A stretch of 64,000 bases of DNA, taken from assembly GCA_963675595.2 (NCBI GenBank), contig CAXXLZ010000002.1, forward strand, positions 4,480,001 through 4,544,000. The letters run 5' to 3'. Within the stretch, counting starts at the first letter, position 1, and each line of letters begins with the position of its first letter. Below are positions 46,664-56,701 of the stretch, in pieces. The DNA comes from Thermodesulfobacteriota bacterium. Lineage in GTDB: Bacteria > Desulfobacterota > Desulfarculia > JACQYL01. The position numbers and the translations under genes are program-made. Under the pieces are notes generated by a model. The model made no database searches. It was not told the DNA's origin and saw only the letters and a list, made by a program, of their open reading frames with translations.

Positions 46664-47424
46664 GCAAAGCGGGTCATTCCCTTTTGGCGGTGCGGAACCT
46701 GACCAAGCGTTTCGGCGGGGTCACGGCCGTGGATTCCGTGGATTTCGAATTGAGGGAGAACGAGCTTCTGGGAGTCATCGGGCCGAATGGATCGGGCAAG
46801 ACCTCCCTGGTGAATCTCATTACCGGTTTCGTTCGGCCGGATTCGGGACGGATTCTTTATCGTGGGACCGATATTACCCAAGCGGCTCCCCATAAGCGCG
46901 CAGACATGGGAATAGCGCGGACTTTCCAAATGGTTAGACCATTTTACCAGTTGCCCGCTTACAAAAATGTGGTCGTTTCCCTGTATTCTCGTCGAGTGAA
47001 ACGTCTCGCCGGCGGGAAATATGGAGACCGCGACGCCGTGGCCAAAGACATTCTCGAGGAAGTGGGGTTCGAACGGGATGCGGACGTGATCACCAAGAGC
47101 GCCGGCGCGTTGCCTCACGGCTACCTGAAACGCCTGGAACTCGCCAAGTGCCTGGCCTTGAGGGCCGACCTGATCATCCTGGACGAACTCTTCTCCGGTC
47201 TGAGCATGGCGGAGGTGGCATCCATTCTCCCGGTCATCGATAAGCTGCGTCTGGAAGGGAAGACCTTTATCATGATCGAGCATCGCCTTCGTGAACTGTT
47301 TCGCATCGCCGATCGAGTGATGGTGCTGAACTTCGGACGCAAGATCGCCGAGGGGCCGCCCAATACGGTCATGGAATCCGAGGAGGTGAAACAAGCCTAC
47401 CTGGGGACCGAGGCGGAAGGTTGA
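46648..47424 (+). CDS. HAAT ABC ATP-binding protein (LivG-like)
   Basis: KRFGGVTAV, GPNGSGKT, GIARTFQ, LPHGYLKRLE, ILDE, V..AYLG. Confidence 0.92.
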   Translation: MDATVSKAGHSLLAVRNLTKRFGGVTAVDSVDFELRENELLGVIGPNGSGKTSLVNLITGFVRPDSGRILYRGTDITQAAPHKRADMGIARTFQMVRPFYQLPAYKNVVVSLYSRRVKRLAGGKYGDRDAVAKDILEEVGFERDADVITKSAGALPHGYLKRLELAKCLALRADLIILDELFSGLSMAEVASILPVIDKLRLEGKTFIMIEHRLRELFRIADRVMVLNFGRKIAEGPPNTVMESEEVKQAYLGTEAEG

Positions 47425-47636
47425 TCGGTATCAGCCTGCAGCAACCGGCTTCCTTGAAGTGCCGGTATAGGACACGTTGAGGCGGCGGCTGAGTCGGAAA
47501 ATCGCAAGGGCATGAGAAGGCCGGAAGGTTGCTCGCCTTGCCGGGTCGGCGGAAGGCGGAGTGAAACGACGCAGCGGGCGACCCGGCGCTTGGACCGCTC
47601 TCCATTGAGAGGGATCGAAAATTTGCGGATGAACGT

Positions 47637-48383
47637 ATGCTGACCGTAAACAACCTCATGGTGTTCTACGAAAACGCCTTGGCCATCAATGAGTTCAGCA
47701 TGGAGGTCAAGCTCGGCGAAATCGTCGGGGTCATCGGGTCCAACAGCGCCGGCAAGACCACTCTGCTCAACACCGTGTCCGGGCTGATGATCGATTTGAA
47801 AATCAAAGAACAGCGCAAGGGCGGGGAACGCATCACCATCCTGGGCGACATTACCTTCCAGGGGGAAAATGTGACCCTGATGCCGCCCCACGAGCGAGTG
47901 AAACGGGGCATCGTGCTGTGCAGGGAACGCCACCCGATCTTCCCGGAGAGTGATGTGCTGGAAAATCTGAGCATCGCCGGGTATCGGCGCCCACGCAAGG
48001 AACTGAAGCGTGCGGTTGAGCGGACGTTTCACCTGTTCCCGGCTCTCATCCCTCTCAAGCGGCGGAAGGCGGGGTTTCTCAGCGGCGGGGAACAGCAGAT
48101 GCTGGCCATCGGCATGGCTCTCATGGTCGGCCCCAAATTGCTGCTGCTGGACGAACCCTTGCTGGGTCTCAGTCCGGCCATGCAAACCGCTCTGGTCCGG
48201 TCCATCCGGGAGCTCAACGAGGTTTCCGGCATTACGCTGTTGATTTCGGAGCAGTTCGTCCGTCCCATACTACCCATGATTGCACGGGGGTATGTGATCG
48301 AGAACGGCATGTTCACCCTGGAAGGCACCGGAGAAGAACTCATGGACAACCCCGAGGTGAAGTCCGCCTATTTCGGGGTTTGA
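47637..48383 (+). CDS. HAAT ABC ATP-binding protein (LivF-like)
   Basis: GSNSAGKTT, LSGGEQQMLAIG, LLLDEPLLGLSP. Confidence 0.92.
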   Translation: MLTVNNLMVFYENALAINEFSMEVKLGEIVGVIGSNSAGKTTLLNTVSGLMIDLKIKEQRKGGERITILGDITFQGENVTLMPPHERVKRGIVLCRERHPIFPESDVLENLSIAGYRRPRKELKRAVERTFHLFPALIPLKRRKAGFLSGGEQQMLAIGMALMVGPKLLLLDEPLLGLSPAMQTALVRSIRELNEVSGITLLISEQFVRPILPMIARGYVIENGMFTLEGTGEELMDNPEVKSAYFGV

Positions 48384-48412
48384 AACGCCGACAGTTGAAC
48401 AGACGGGAAACC

Positions 48413-50047
48413 ATGGGAAACGGGGACCTCGTGAACATTGCGGAAGCTTTCGAGCGGAGCGCCCGAAACCATCCCCAAAAGACGGCGGTGGTCTATCTGG
48501 GCACGCGGTACACCTATGAACGGCTGGAAAAATGGGTTCGCGGTTTTGCCCTTTCACTGCACGAAAAAGGCGTCGACAAGGACCATAAGGTCATTTTGTA
48601 CGCGCCCAATTCCATTCAGTGGATCGTCGCCTGGCTGGGAATCATGAAAGCCGGCGCGGTGGCCGTGCCCATTACGCCCATTTATACGCCCTACGACCTG
48701 GACTTCATCGCCGGGGACACCGGCGCTCTTGCCATTGTGTGCATGGACCGGAATTTCGGGTACGTCAAACAGGTACGGCCCAATTCGCGGATTTCCCTGG
48801 TGGTGGCGGCCAACCTGACGGACCTTCTGCCCTGGTGGAAGCGCTGGTTTGGGTGGATTTTCGACAAGGTGCCCAGCGGCAAGGTGGAATGGGGTCCCGA
48901 CACGTATCCCCTGTCCAAACTGGTGTGCGCAGCTTCGGACCAAGCGGAATTTCCTGAGGTTCAACCGGAAGACTGCGCGGAAATTTTGTACACGGGCGGC
49001 ACCACGAAACACCCCAAGGGCGTGCCCATCACCCACGGCATGTTTCTGAAAGCCACGTTGGAGCAATTGGCGGTATGCGAGGGCCTGTTTCCCAAAGAAG
49101 ACAACGTGGTCATGTGCGGCGCGCCCCTGTTTCACATTCTTGGCCAAGCCTGCGGATTGGGCACTTTGCTGGTGGGCGGTACGCTTTTGGTGACTCCGCG
49201 GGTGAATTTGGACGCGCTGATGGACACCATCCGGCGGTTCCGCGCCCGAACTCTCCTGGGTGTTCCCGCCCTATACCGAATGCTGCTGGAGCACGATCGC
49301 CGCGATCAGTATGACCTGAGTTCCCTTGAATATTGCTTCTCCGCCGGGGACGTGCTCCCCGGGGAAGTGGCCGCGAGGTGGCGGGAGGCGTTCCGACGTC
49401 CCATCTACCAGGGATACGGCGCCACGGAAACCGTGGGAGGTGTGGCCATGTGCCGCACCGGGGAAGAACCTGTGCCCGGGTCCATGGGAAAGCCGTTGCC
49501 CAGTAAGAGGATTCGCGTCGTGGTTCCTGCGACCATCCAGGAGTCCGAAGTAGGAGAGCCGGGAGAACTGCTGGTGTCGTCCGACGACATGGTGAACGCC
49601 TACTGGAACAATCCGGAGGAAACGGAAACCTCTTTCGTACGGTTCGAGGGGCGGTCCTGGTATCGCACGGGGGACATCGTCAAAGCGGACGAGGAAAACA
49701 ACCTTTTCTTCGTGGACCGCACCGTGGATACCATCAAGCACAAAGGGTATCGTGTCAGCGCCAGTGAAATTGAAGCCGTGCTCCAGGAACATCCGGCGGT
49801 CATTGCCTCGTGCGTGGTGGGCATTCCGGACGAAAAAACGGGCGAGCGCATCAAGGCCGTGGTGGTGCTGAAGAAGGACATCAAAGGAATCACCGGCTAC
49901 GATCTGCTGAAATGGGTCCGAAAACGCCTACCCGCGTACAAGGTGCCCCAGTACATCGAGTTTCGGGACATGCTCCCCAAGTCCAAAGTGGGCAAGCTGC
50001 TGCGACGCGAAATTCGCGGCGAAGAACAGAAGCGAAGAGTGCTGTAG
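48413..50047 (+). CDS. AMP-forming acyl-CoA ligase (long-chain fatty acid or aromatic acid)
   Basis: YTGGTTKHPKG P-loop, PLFH, GYGATE, YRTGD, LPKSKVGK. Confidence 0.93.
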   Translation: MGNGDLVNIAEAFERSARNHPQKTAVVYLGTRYTYERLEKWVRGFALSLHEKGVDKDHKVILYAPNSIQWIVAWLGIMKAGAVAVPITPIYTPYDLDFIAGDTGALAIVCMDRNFGYVKQVRPNSRISLVVAANLTDLLPWWKRWFGWIFDKVPSGKVEWGPDTYPLSKLVCAASDQAEFPEVQPEDCAEILYTGGTTKHPKGVPITHGMFLKATLEQLAVCEGLFPKEDNVVMCGAPLFHILGQACGLGTLLVGGTLLVTPRVNLDALMDTIRRFRARTLLGVPALYRMLLEHDRRDQYDLSSLEYCFSAGDVLPGEVAARWREAFRRPIYQGYGATETVGGVAMCRTGEEPVPGSMGKPLPSKRIRVVVPATIQESEVGEPGELLVSSDDMVNAYWNNPEETETSFVRFEGRSWYRTGDIVKADEENNLFFVDRTVDTIKHKGYRVSASEIEAVLQEHPAVIASCVVGIPDEKTGERIKAVVVLKKDIKGITGYDLLKWVRKRLPAYKVPQYIEFRDMLPKSKVGKLLRREIRGEEQKRRVL

Positions 50048-50064
50048 GCTTTGTCCGATGTTTT

Positions 50065-51141
50065 TCACAAGGGCCGTGAAGACACACGATCGCGATATTT
50101 GCGGTACAGCCCACGGAACTGGTCGTAAGTGAGGCCCAGGAGGGCGGCGGCGTCCTTCTGGCGATGATCCGACTTCCACAGGGCTGCGGCGATGAGGCTG
50201 ACTTCCAGCCTTTCGACCTGTTCCCGAAACGTCCCGCCTTGCTCCTCCGAAGCCTCGAAGACCGGCCGGTCCGCCGTTTCGCTCCCTGCGGAATGGGGAG
50301 ACGGCTTCGACTCTCCAAGCTTGGGAAACGGATCGAATATGACTCGCCGGATCATCTCCGATTCCGTGCGATAGACGGCACGCTCCACCACGTTCTTCAA
50401 TTCCCGGATGTTCCCGGGCCAGGAATGGGACTCCAGAGCGTGCAATGCTTCCTCCGAGAAGGTGGGAGCCGCGTCCCTGCCCATTTCCTGAGCCATGCGC
50501 GCGGCGAAGAAGTGAGCAAGATAGGAAATGTCTCCCTCCCGGACCCGCAGGGGAGGAACCGTCAGCACTTCAAAAGAAAGCCGATCCAGCAGGTCCTGCT
50601 TGAATTTTCCTTGAGCCGCCAAGCGGGGCAGGTCGGCGTGAGTCGCCCCGATGATGCGCACGTCCACCTGAACGGTGGCCGATCCCCCCACCCGCTCGAA
50701 AGAACCATACTCCACCACTCGAAGAATTTTTTCCTGGGCTTCCAGCGGAATGTTGCCGATTTCGTCCAGAAATACGGTGCCGCCGTGGGCCGCTTCGAAC
50801 CGTCCCAGTCGTTTTCTCACGGCCCCGGTGAAGGCTCCGGCTTCGTAGCCGAACAGTTCCGATTCAATGAGACTGGGAGACAGGGCGGCGCAGTTCAGGG
50901 TGACCAGAGGCTCCTGCCAGCGACGCGACAGGAAATGCAGTCGCCCCGCTGCGAGTTCTTTGCCCGTGCCCCTTTCCCCCACAATGAGGACCGGGCGGTT
51001 CACCGGGGCCACCCTGGACAGCCTTTCCTGAAAAGCCAGAAAGGCCTCGGACTGGCCCAGGGATTCCGGAGGCGGTGCGGCGGCGGTTCCATTCGTTTCA
51101 GTCATGGGGCGATTCCTCGAGGCCGGAAGTTCGTTTTTCAT
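50065..51141 (-). CDS. pspF: Phage shock protein operon sigma54 activator
   Basis: GERGTGKE, GAFTGA, FLDE, WPGNIRELKN, C-terminal HTH LGLTYDQFRGL, no N-terminal regulatory domain, divergent from pspA. Confidence 0.95.
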   Translation of the reverse strand: MKNELPASRNRPMTETNGTAAAPPPESLGQSEAFLAFQERLSRVAPVNRPVLIVGERGTGKELAAGRLHFLSRRWQEPLVTLNCAALSPSLIESELFGYEAGAFTGAVRKRLGRFEAAHGGTVFLDEIGNIPLEAQEKILRVVEYGSFERVGGSATVQVDVRIIGATHADLPRLAAQGKFKQDLLDRLSFEVLTVPPLRVREGDISYLAHFFAARMAQEMGRDAAPTFSEEALHALESHSWPGNIRELKNVVERAVYRTESEMIRRVIFDPFPKLGESKPSPHSAGSETADRPVFEASEEQGGTFREQVERLEVSLIAAALWKSDHRQKDAAALLGLTYDQFRGLYRKYRDRVSSRPL

Positions 51142-51148
51142 GGTTAAG

Positions 51149-51299
51149 TTGGGTTTATTTTACCATAGCGCTTGAGGATATAAAACCATTTTGTGGCATA
51201 ATAAACCATTTGATGATGAACGAAAAGCCGGCGTTCTCTGATAACTTATTGATATAAAATGAGTTTAGTGGATCCGCTGATTTCGGCCCGAAGATTGCT
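51149..51299 (+). promoter_or_regulatory. PspF-dependent sigma54 promoter with UAS-like and IHF-like sites
   Basis: GG-N10-GC at 51285-51298 (CGGCCCGAAGATTGCT), IHF-like TAACTTATTGATA at 51242-51254, two imperfect palindromes TGGGTTTATTTTACCA and TGGCATAATAAACCA. Confidence 0.75.
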
Positions 51300-51419
51300 T
51301 AGGGAAGGAGCATACAAAGAACGGGCGGACGGCCTCAAGCAACGGACCCTAAAAAGAGTCGTCATGGCGCCGCGCGTGAACGATCAAACTTGGAAAAACA
51401 GACACTGGGAGGTAACGTC

Positions 51420-52103
51420 ATGGGAGTCTTCACCCGGGTACGCGATATCATCAACTCCAATATCAATTCCATGCTGGACCACGCGGAGAATCCGGAAAAG
51501 TTGGTCAAGCTCATGATCCACGAGATGGAGGACACGCTGGTCGAGATCAAGGCGTCCTGCGCCGGGGCCATGGCGTCCAGGAAAAAGGTGCTCCGCGCGC
51601 TGGAAGAGGCTCGGGATAGAGCGGATGCGTGGGGGGGCAAGGCGGAACTCGCCGTGTCCAAAGGCCGGGAGGACCTGGCTCGGGAGGCCTTGATGGAAAA
51701 GAAACGATACCTGGAGCGGGTGCGCTCTTTGGACGAGGAAGCCGTGGAGACTCAGGGTATCGTGGAACAATATCAGGAGCAGATTGTTCAGATCGAAAGC
51801 AAGCTCGAGGCGGTCCGGGAAAAACAGCGTCTCCTGGTGCAGCGTCATGTGCATGCCAGACAAAAGCGGCAGGCTCAAGAAGAAATCCGACGTTTTGAAA
51901 CCGCGGACCTGTTCACCCGGTTCGAGCAGTTCGAACAGCGTATCGAGCGCATGGAAGCCGACGCGGATTTGGTGAATTACGGACGCAAGTCCACTCTGGA
52001 GGAGGAGTTCGCGCGGCTCGAAGAGGACGAGGAGATTGAACGGGAACTTCAGGCCCTGAAAAAAAGAAGGGACGGGGAAGACAACGAAGAGCGCCAGGCG
52101 TAA
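51420..52103 (+). CDS. pspA: Phage shock protein A
   Basis: MGVFTRVRDIINSNINSMLDHAENPEKLVKLMIHEMEDTL, GREDLAREAL, coiled coil. Confidence 0.97.
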   Translation: MGVFTRVRDIINSNINSMLDHAENPEKLVKLMIHEMEDTLVEIKASCAGAMASRKKVLRALEEARDRADAWGGKAELAVSKGREDLAREALMEKKRYLERVRSLDEEAVETQGIVEQYQEQIVQIESKLEAVREKQRLLVQRHVHARQKRQAQEEIRRFETADLFTRFEQFEQRIERMEADADLVNYGRKSTLEEEFARLEEDEEIERELQALKKRRDGEDNEERQA

Positions 52104-52217
52104 ACTGGAATCTGAATCGGCTGATTCCATCCGGCCTCATGAGTGCGTGACGTCGCTGTGTGTTCCCTCAAGGGCCGATGACCATAGGTTCCGGGAAAAT
52201 CCGAAGAAGGAGAAGCA

Positions 52218-52463
52218 ATGCACCCCGGCTACATGTTGTTCATGCTCATTTTCGCTTTGCCCGTGGTGCTCATCGTGGGGTGCTTCGTGGTGTGGGCGTT
52301 GAAGGTCGTATCCGGAGGATCGGGCCGGCAACGCGAGGAAGTTCGAACGGAGGAAACCCGCTTGATCCAGGAAATTCATCAAGGCCTGTTGAAGATGGAA
52401 GAGCGTATCGAGGCATTGGAAACGATCCTGCTCGACCCGAGTAGAAAGGACGACGCCAAATGA
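52218..52463 (+). CDS. pspB: PspB-like membrane protein
   Basis: Single TM, MEERIEALETIL, between pspA and pspC. Confidence 0.82.
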   Translation: MHPGYMLFMLIFALPVVLIVGCFVVWALKVVSGGSGRQREEVRTEETRLIQEIHQGLLKMEERIEALETILLDPSRKDDAK

Positions 52464-52897
52464 GAAGATCCTGCAGCCAAATGAGAGGACGCTACAACCG
52501 TCCTCGAAACAACCGGCGGCGAGACGATCGGGTCGGCCCGTTTCGTTCCAGATCGGGAATCATCCTCGGCGTGTGCAAAGGCCTCGCCGATTATTTCAAC
52601 GTGTCCGTGTTCTGGGTGAGGGTACTGGCGGTCCTGGCCTTTTTCTTCGGCGGGATCTGGCCGGCGGTGGGAATCTACCTGGTGGCCGCGTTGCTGCTCA
52701 AGCCGGAACCCGTGGTTCCTTTCGGGCGGGAGGAGGAACGGGAGTTCTATAATTCCTATTCCGCTTCGAAAAACGAAGCCCTTCAACGGCTCAAACGAAC
52801 CTTCGACCACCTGGACCGCAGACTTCGGCGCATGGAAGACATCGTAACGGATAAAGAATTCGACTGGGAGCGCAGGTTCAAGAGCAACGTCCGCTGA
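52460..52897 (+). CDS. pspC: Phage shock protein C
   Basis: ILGVCKGLADYF...WVR, TM, RLRRMEDIVTDKEF. Confidence 0.93.
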   Translation: MRRSCSQMRGRYNRPRNNRRRDDRVGPFRSRSGIILGVCKGLADYFNVSVFWVRVLAVLAFFFGGIWPAVGIYLVAALLLKPEPVVPFGREEEREFYNSYSASKNEALQRLKRTFDHLDRRLRRMEDIVTDKEFDWERRFKSNVR

Positions 52898-53050
52898 CTC
52901 CCCGGCGCACCGCAATTTCCCGAGCATGTCTTCAGGCAACGGCGAAACTCTTCCCTCCTTTCGCTCCCTGGAAGGCATGCTCTTTCCACCGCTACCGGAT
53001 GTCGAAGTTTTCCCCCTTCTTTGCCCCGATTCCCCGAATTTCGGCATTTC

Positions 53051-53133
53051 CGGGGTAGGACTTTCGAGAAAGTCCTACCCCGAACCCCCTCAAAGCACCT
53101 TGGGCAGGCCTCACCGCCTTCGGCGGAGAGGCT
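53051..53133 (-). repeat. Repeat family A copy
   Basis: CGGGGTAGGACTTTCGAGAAAGTCCTACCCCG...GCCTCACCGCCTTCGGCGGAGAGGC. Confidence 0.85.
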
Positions 53134-53274
53134 CGGGACGAAGCCCGCATAAAAGGCGGCCGGGGTGCTGTCGTGCCCCCGGGGCACCAACAGAAAAGTT
53201 CCCTCTCGTAAACGATTACCCCCGAACTTCCTCGGGCAACGTCTTTCCCGTACCCCCACGGAAATCCCCTCACT

Positions 53275-53300
53275 GTAGGGCCGGGCCACAGTGCACGCCC
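53275..53300 (+). repeat. Degenerate GTAG-type REP
   Basis: GTAGGGCCGGGCCACAGTGCACGCCC. Confidence 0.65.
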
Positions 53301-53423
53301 TCGTTCGGCGATATTTCTCCGCTTGCCTCCGAGCATCGAGTCGGTACTGCGACATTGTCCCCGCTATGGCCCCGGGAACGCCGAGCCCCGGCTCGGCAAT
53401 CATCATTCCTCGCCTGATGAGGT

Positions 53424-53477
53424 TTGACCCGAGTCCGGTGCATCTCTTATAATCTACATTGTAGAATACATGAGATG
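53424..53477 (+). promoter_or_regulatory. Sigma70 promoter overlapped by a palindromic operator
   Basis: TTGACC (53424)-N18-TATAAT (53448); TCTACA-T-TGTAGA inverted repeat nested within CATCTC...GAGATG. Confidence 0.7.
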
Positions 53478-53527
53478 GTAGCATAGTCGTTTCAGTGTTC
53501 ACTCAGCCGTCCCAAGGAGCCCGCCCC

Positions 53528-54622
53528 TTGAATTCCAAAGAACGTATGATGACCGCTCTGTCCGGAGGACTTCCCGACCGGGTGCCCGTGTTCCTCCGGG
53601 ACCTGACTCTGGGCCTCGAAGTCGTCGGGTTTTCCACTCCGGAAGTCTGCGCCGGCGGGCCCCGAGGGGGATACCACGCCGAAAAATCGGCTCAGGCGGT
53701 CATCGCCTGCCGGGAACGCTTCCGTCACGACTGCGTGGTGGGCAGCATCCATGATCTGGGCCTGGACGTGGAAGCCCTGGGAGGCCGCACGGACTTCCCG
53801 GAGCGGGGCATTCCTCGAGTGGTGGAGGAGCCCTTTGCGGACAAAACACGGCTGGTCAAGGCTCGAGTTCCCCGCATGGACACGGACGGCCGTCTGCCCG
53901 GCATGCTCGAATCCTACCGGCTGGTCAAGGAACGCATCGGCGCCGAAACGGCCATATGCGCCAATGTGGACGGCCCCATCACCCGCGCGTCCTTTTTCAG
54001 GGGCACGGAACGGCTCATGCGCGATTTTATCAAAGACCCGGCCTTCGCCCAAGACCTGCTCGATTTTTCCACGGAAACGGCCGTGAGTCACATCCGGTTC
54101 CTGGCCCAAGCCGGAGCGGACTTCGTGTTTCTGGCCTCGTCCGTGGACGGCCCGGTGATCATCAGTCCCAAGTTGTTCCTCGAATATACCATTCCGAGCC
54201 TACGGACCATCGTGACCACCGCCGCGGCCCTGAACCTCCCGGTGGTGTTTCATCCTCACGGCAGGTTCACGGATGAAGCCTTTCGCCCTCTGGTGGACTC
54301 CTCCATCCGTCAGGGCATTACGGGCTTTCAGTTTCCCGAGGACTGCGATCTGGCTCTGGCCAAGCAACTCTGGGGAAACCGTATCTCCATTTTGGGGGGA
54401 GTGGACATCCCCACGGTGCTCAGCCCCGGGCCGGTGGAGAGAATCCGTGAGGAAACCCGCAAATGCATCGATCAGGCCGCGGCCGGAGGAGGCTACGTGA
54501 TGATGCCTTCCTGTTCGATACACCGGGGAGACCCCCTTGATCATATCCAGGCCCTGGTGGACGCGACCCGCGAATTCGGGGTTTACGAGTCCCCGGCGCG
54601 GGAATCGACGATCGGCCATTGA
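53528..54622 (+). CDS. Uroporphyrinogen decarboxylase superfamily protein (MtaA/CmuA-like)
   Basis: NSKERMMTALSGGLPDRVPV, EALGG, DGRLP, ILGGVD, GGGYVMMPSC. TTG start after AAGGAG. Confidence 0.85.
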   Translation: MNSKERMMTALSGGLPDRVPVFLRDLTLGLEVVGFSTPEVCAGGPRGGYHAEKSAQAVIACRERFRHDCVVGSIHDLGLDVEALGGRTDFPERGIPRVVEEPFADKTRLVKARVPRMDTDGRLPGMLESYRLVKERIGAETAICANVDGPITRASFFRGTERLMRDFIKDPAFAQDLLDFSTETAVSHIRFLAQAGADFVFLASSVDGPVIISPKLFLEYTIPSLRTIVTTAAALNLPVVFHPHGRFTDEAFRPLVDSSIRQGITGFQFPEDCDLALAKQLWGNRISILGGVDIPTVLSPGPVERIREETRKCIDQAAAGGGYVMMPSCSIHRGDPLDHIQALVDATREFGVYESPARESTIGH

Positions 54623-54652
54623 CAAACCTTTGAGGCGGGAGGAGCGGATTTC

Positions 54653-55711
54653 ATGCAAACGAAGCGATTTCATACACGATTCACCCTGATTCTGTGCGCC
54701 GGACTCCTCGCCCTGTTCTCCGGTCCCGCATCGGCCGCACCGGTACGACTGAAACTGGCCACCCATTGGCCCGTGCTCCACGACATGAACAACGTGATGA
54801 TCGAGTTCGCCCGCGACGTGGGCCGGGAATCCCAAGGCGGCATCGAAGTGTTCTACTTCCCGGCAGGCACCCTGGCCGGTTCCGGGGAGAAATTCCAGAA
54901 AGTCCGCACCGGAGTGTGCGACATCACCAACATCCACCTGGCCAACCACCCCGGAGCCTTTCCCCCGGCTCAGCTCACCACCCTGCCTTTTCTGTTCGCC
55001 GACGGCACGGAAGCGGCCTGGGTGCTCAACCACATGCAGGACGACTTCGCACCCAACCTGGAATCCAAGAACGTCAAACTCCTGTTCATGGTGGGGGACC
55101 CCAATTTTCAGATTCTTCTCCGGGATAAGAAGGTAACCCGCCCGGAAGACCTCAAGGGACTCCGACTCAAGAGCAGCGGGTTCGCCGACGAAGCTCTCAA
55201 ACTCTGGGGCGCGGTTCCGGTGAAACTCAAACACGGCGACATGTACCTGGCCATGCAGCGGGGCGTGGTGGACGGCATCGTGTTCCCCTTGGGCGCGGCC
55301 CGTTCCTTCAAACTCGAAGAAGTCACCAAATACGTACTCAAAATGGACTTCTTCTCCTACCATCTTTTCATGGGCATGAATTTGGACACCTGGAAACGAC
55401 TGCCCCCGGAACTTCAGGAAGCGGTGATGAGATCGAGCCGCAAAGCGGCCTACCTTTCCGGTTTCCATTATGAGAACACCGACGCCGCGGCCTTTCCCTA
55501 CTATTCCGCCAAGGGCGTGGAGGTTTACGAACCGGCTCCCGAAGTACTTCAGGAACTCAAAGACTCGGTGGCTCCCCTGCGGGAAAAGCTCATCGCGGAC
55601 CTGGAAAGCAAAGGATTTCCGGCAAAGGAAACGTTCCAACGCATGGAAACCCTGATCCGTGAATATCGCCAATGGAGCCGTGTTCAACACCTGAAGCCGA
55701 GCTACCGTTAG
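54653..55711 (+). CDS. dctP: TRAP transporter substrate-binding protein
   Basis: Signal peptide, FPAGTL, PEDLKGLRLK, YLAMQRGVVDG, WKRLPPELQ. Confidence 0.92.
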   Translation: MQTKRFHTRFTLILCAGLLALFSGPASAAPVRLKLATHWPVLHDMNNVMIEFARDVGRESQGGIEVFYFPAGTLAGSGEKFQKVRTGVCDITNIHLANHPGAFPPAQLTTLPFLFADGTEAAWVLNHMQDDFAPNLESKNVKLLFMVGDPNFQILLRDKKVTRPEDLKGLRLKSSGFADEALKLWGAVPVKLKHGDMYLAMQRGVVDGIVFPLGAARSFKLEEVTKYVLKMDFFSYHLFMGMNLDTWKRLPPELQEAVMRSSRKAAYLSGFHYENTDAAAFPYYSAKGVEVYEPAPEVLQELKDSVAPLREKLIADLESKGFPAKETFQRMETLIREYRQWSRVQHLKPSYR

Positions 55712-55835
55712 CAGAGAGGTGAGAAACGCGATCTGCGGCGTTGGGCTTCATCCCTCGTCATTGCGGCGTACTCCATGTACGTCTCAATCCTCGGGATTCG
55801 CGCGCCTTGCATGTCATCGTTCTTCACCTCTCTGC
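55711..55835. repeat. Repeat family B copy 3
   Basis: Same core as copies 1 and 2; terminal stem GCAGAGAGGTGAGAAACG / CGTTCTTCACCTCTCTGC; begins at the dctP stop codon. Confidence 0.85.
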
Positions 55836-55917
55836 AACCATCTTTGTTGCCGAGCCGGCAGAGGAAAGCTTCTGGAACAGGTCTCCTCTGCCTCGCCCCA
55901 ACGCTTCAAGTTGTCTC

Positions 55918-56000
55918 CGCTCCGCCGTAGGCGGTGCGGCGACGCTTAAACGTTTTGCGGGGGGGTCCGGGGGGCGCTTTTCCCAAAAGCGCCCCCCGGA
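55918..56000 (+). repeat. Repeat family A copy
   Basis: CGCTCCGCCGTAGGCGGTGCG...TCCGGGGGGCGCTTTTCCCAAAAGCGCCCCCCGGA. Confidence 0.85.
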
Positions 56001-56020
56001 TATTCACTGAAGGAATTTGG

Positions 56021-56554
56021 ATGCGATCAGCATTATTTAAAAGGATTGCCGAGGGGGTTACGGGAACGAGTCGGTTGTTTGCTCGGATTTCGGACGTGCT
56101 GGTGCTGGTGCTGATGGGGATCGCGGTAACGGACGTATTCGTGAGGAAGTTCCGGTTTTCGTTTCAGGGTTCCGTGGAGCTCATGGAAGTACTTTTCTGC
56201 GTCATCTGTTTTTTCAGTTTCGCGTATGCCTGGGTCAAGGGGGACCACATCGGCGTGGAGATCGTCACGGACCGGTTTTCTCCTTGTTGGAAACGAAGAC
56301 AGCGGGCGGCATCGGCCTTTGTGGGAATACTGGTTTTCGGCGGGCTCTGTTACGGGGCTTTCCGACTGGCCGTGTCTTCCTTTGTGTTGGGGGACACCAC
56401 GTTGGATTTGGGTATTTCCCATGGAATTCCTCAAGGGGCCATAGCCTTGGGATCGGGGCTGTTCGCCCTGCAGTGCGCGGTGAGTTTTCTGAAAGAGTCG
56501 GGGGGCATGCGTGACTCTTTGGACAAGGAAAGCGACGCGAATTCCACGAACTGA
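56021..56554 (+). CDS. dctQ: TRAP transporter small permease
   Basis: 4 TMs, DVFVRK, GSVEL, HIGVEIV. Confidence 0.9.
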   Translation: MRSALFKRIAEGVTGTSRLFARISDVLVLVLMGIAVTDVFVRKFRFSFQGSVELMEVLFCVICFFSFAYAWVKGDHIGVEIVTDRFSPCWKRRQRAASAFVGILVFGGLCYGAFRLAVSSFVLGDTTLDLGISHGIPQGAIALGSGLFALQCAVSFLKESGGMRDSLDKESDANSTN

Positions 56555-56577
56555 TGCATCACCGCATGGATTAGTTC

Positions 56578-56660
56578 GGCCTCTCCGCCGCAGGCGGTGA
56601 GGCGCACTCAAAAGTCTTGGGAGAGGTTTGGGGAACCCTTCTTCAGAAGGGTTCCCCAAG
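56578..56660 (+). repeat. Repeat family A copy
   Basis: GCCTCTCCGCCGCAGGCGGTGAGGC...TTGGGGAACCCTTCTTCAGAAGGGTTCCCCAA. Confidence 0.85.
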
Positions 56661-56701
56661 AACCATCCTCAAACACCTCTATCGCTTCTCCGGAATCTTG
56701 A

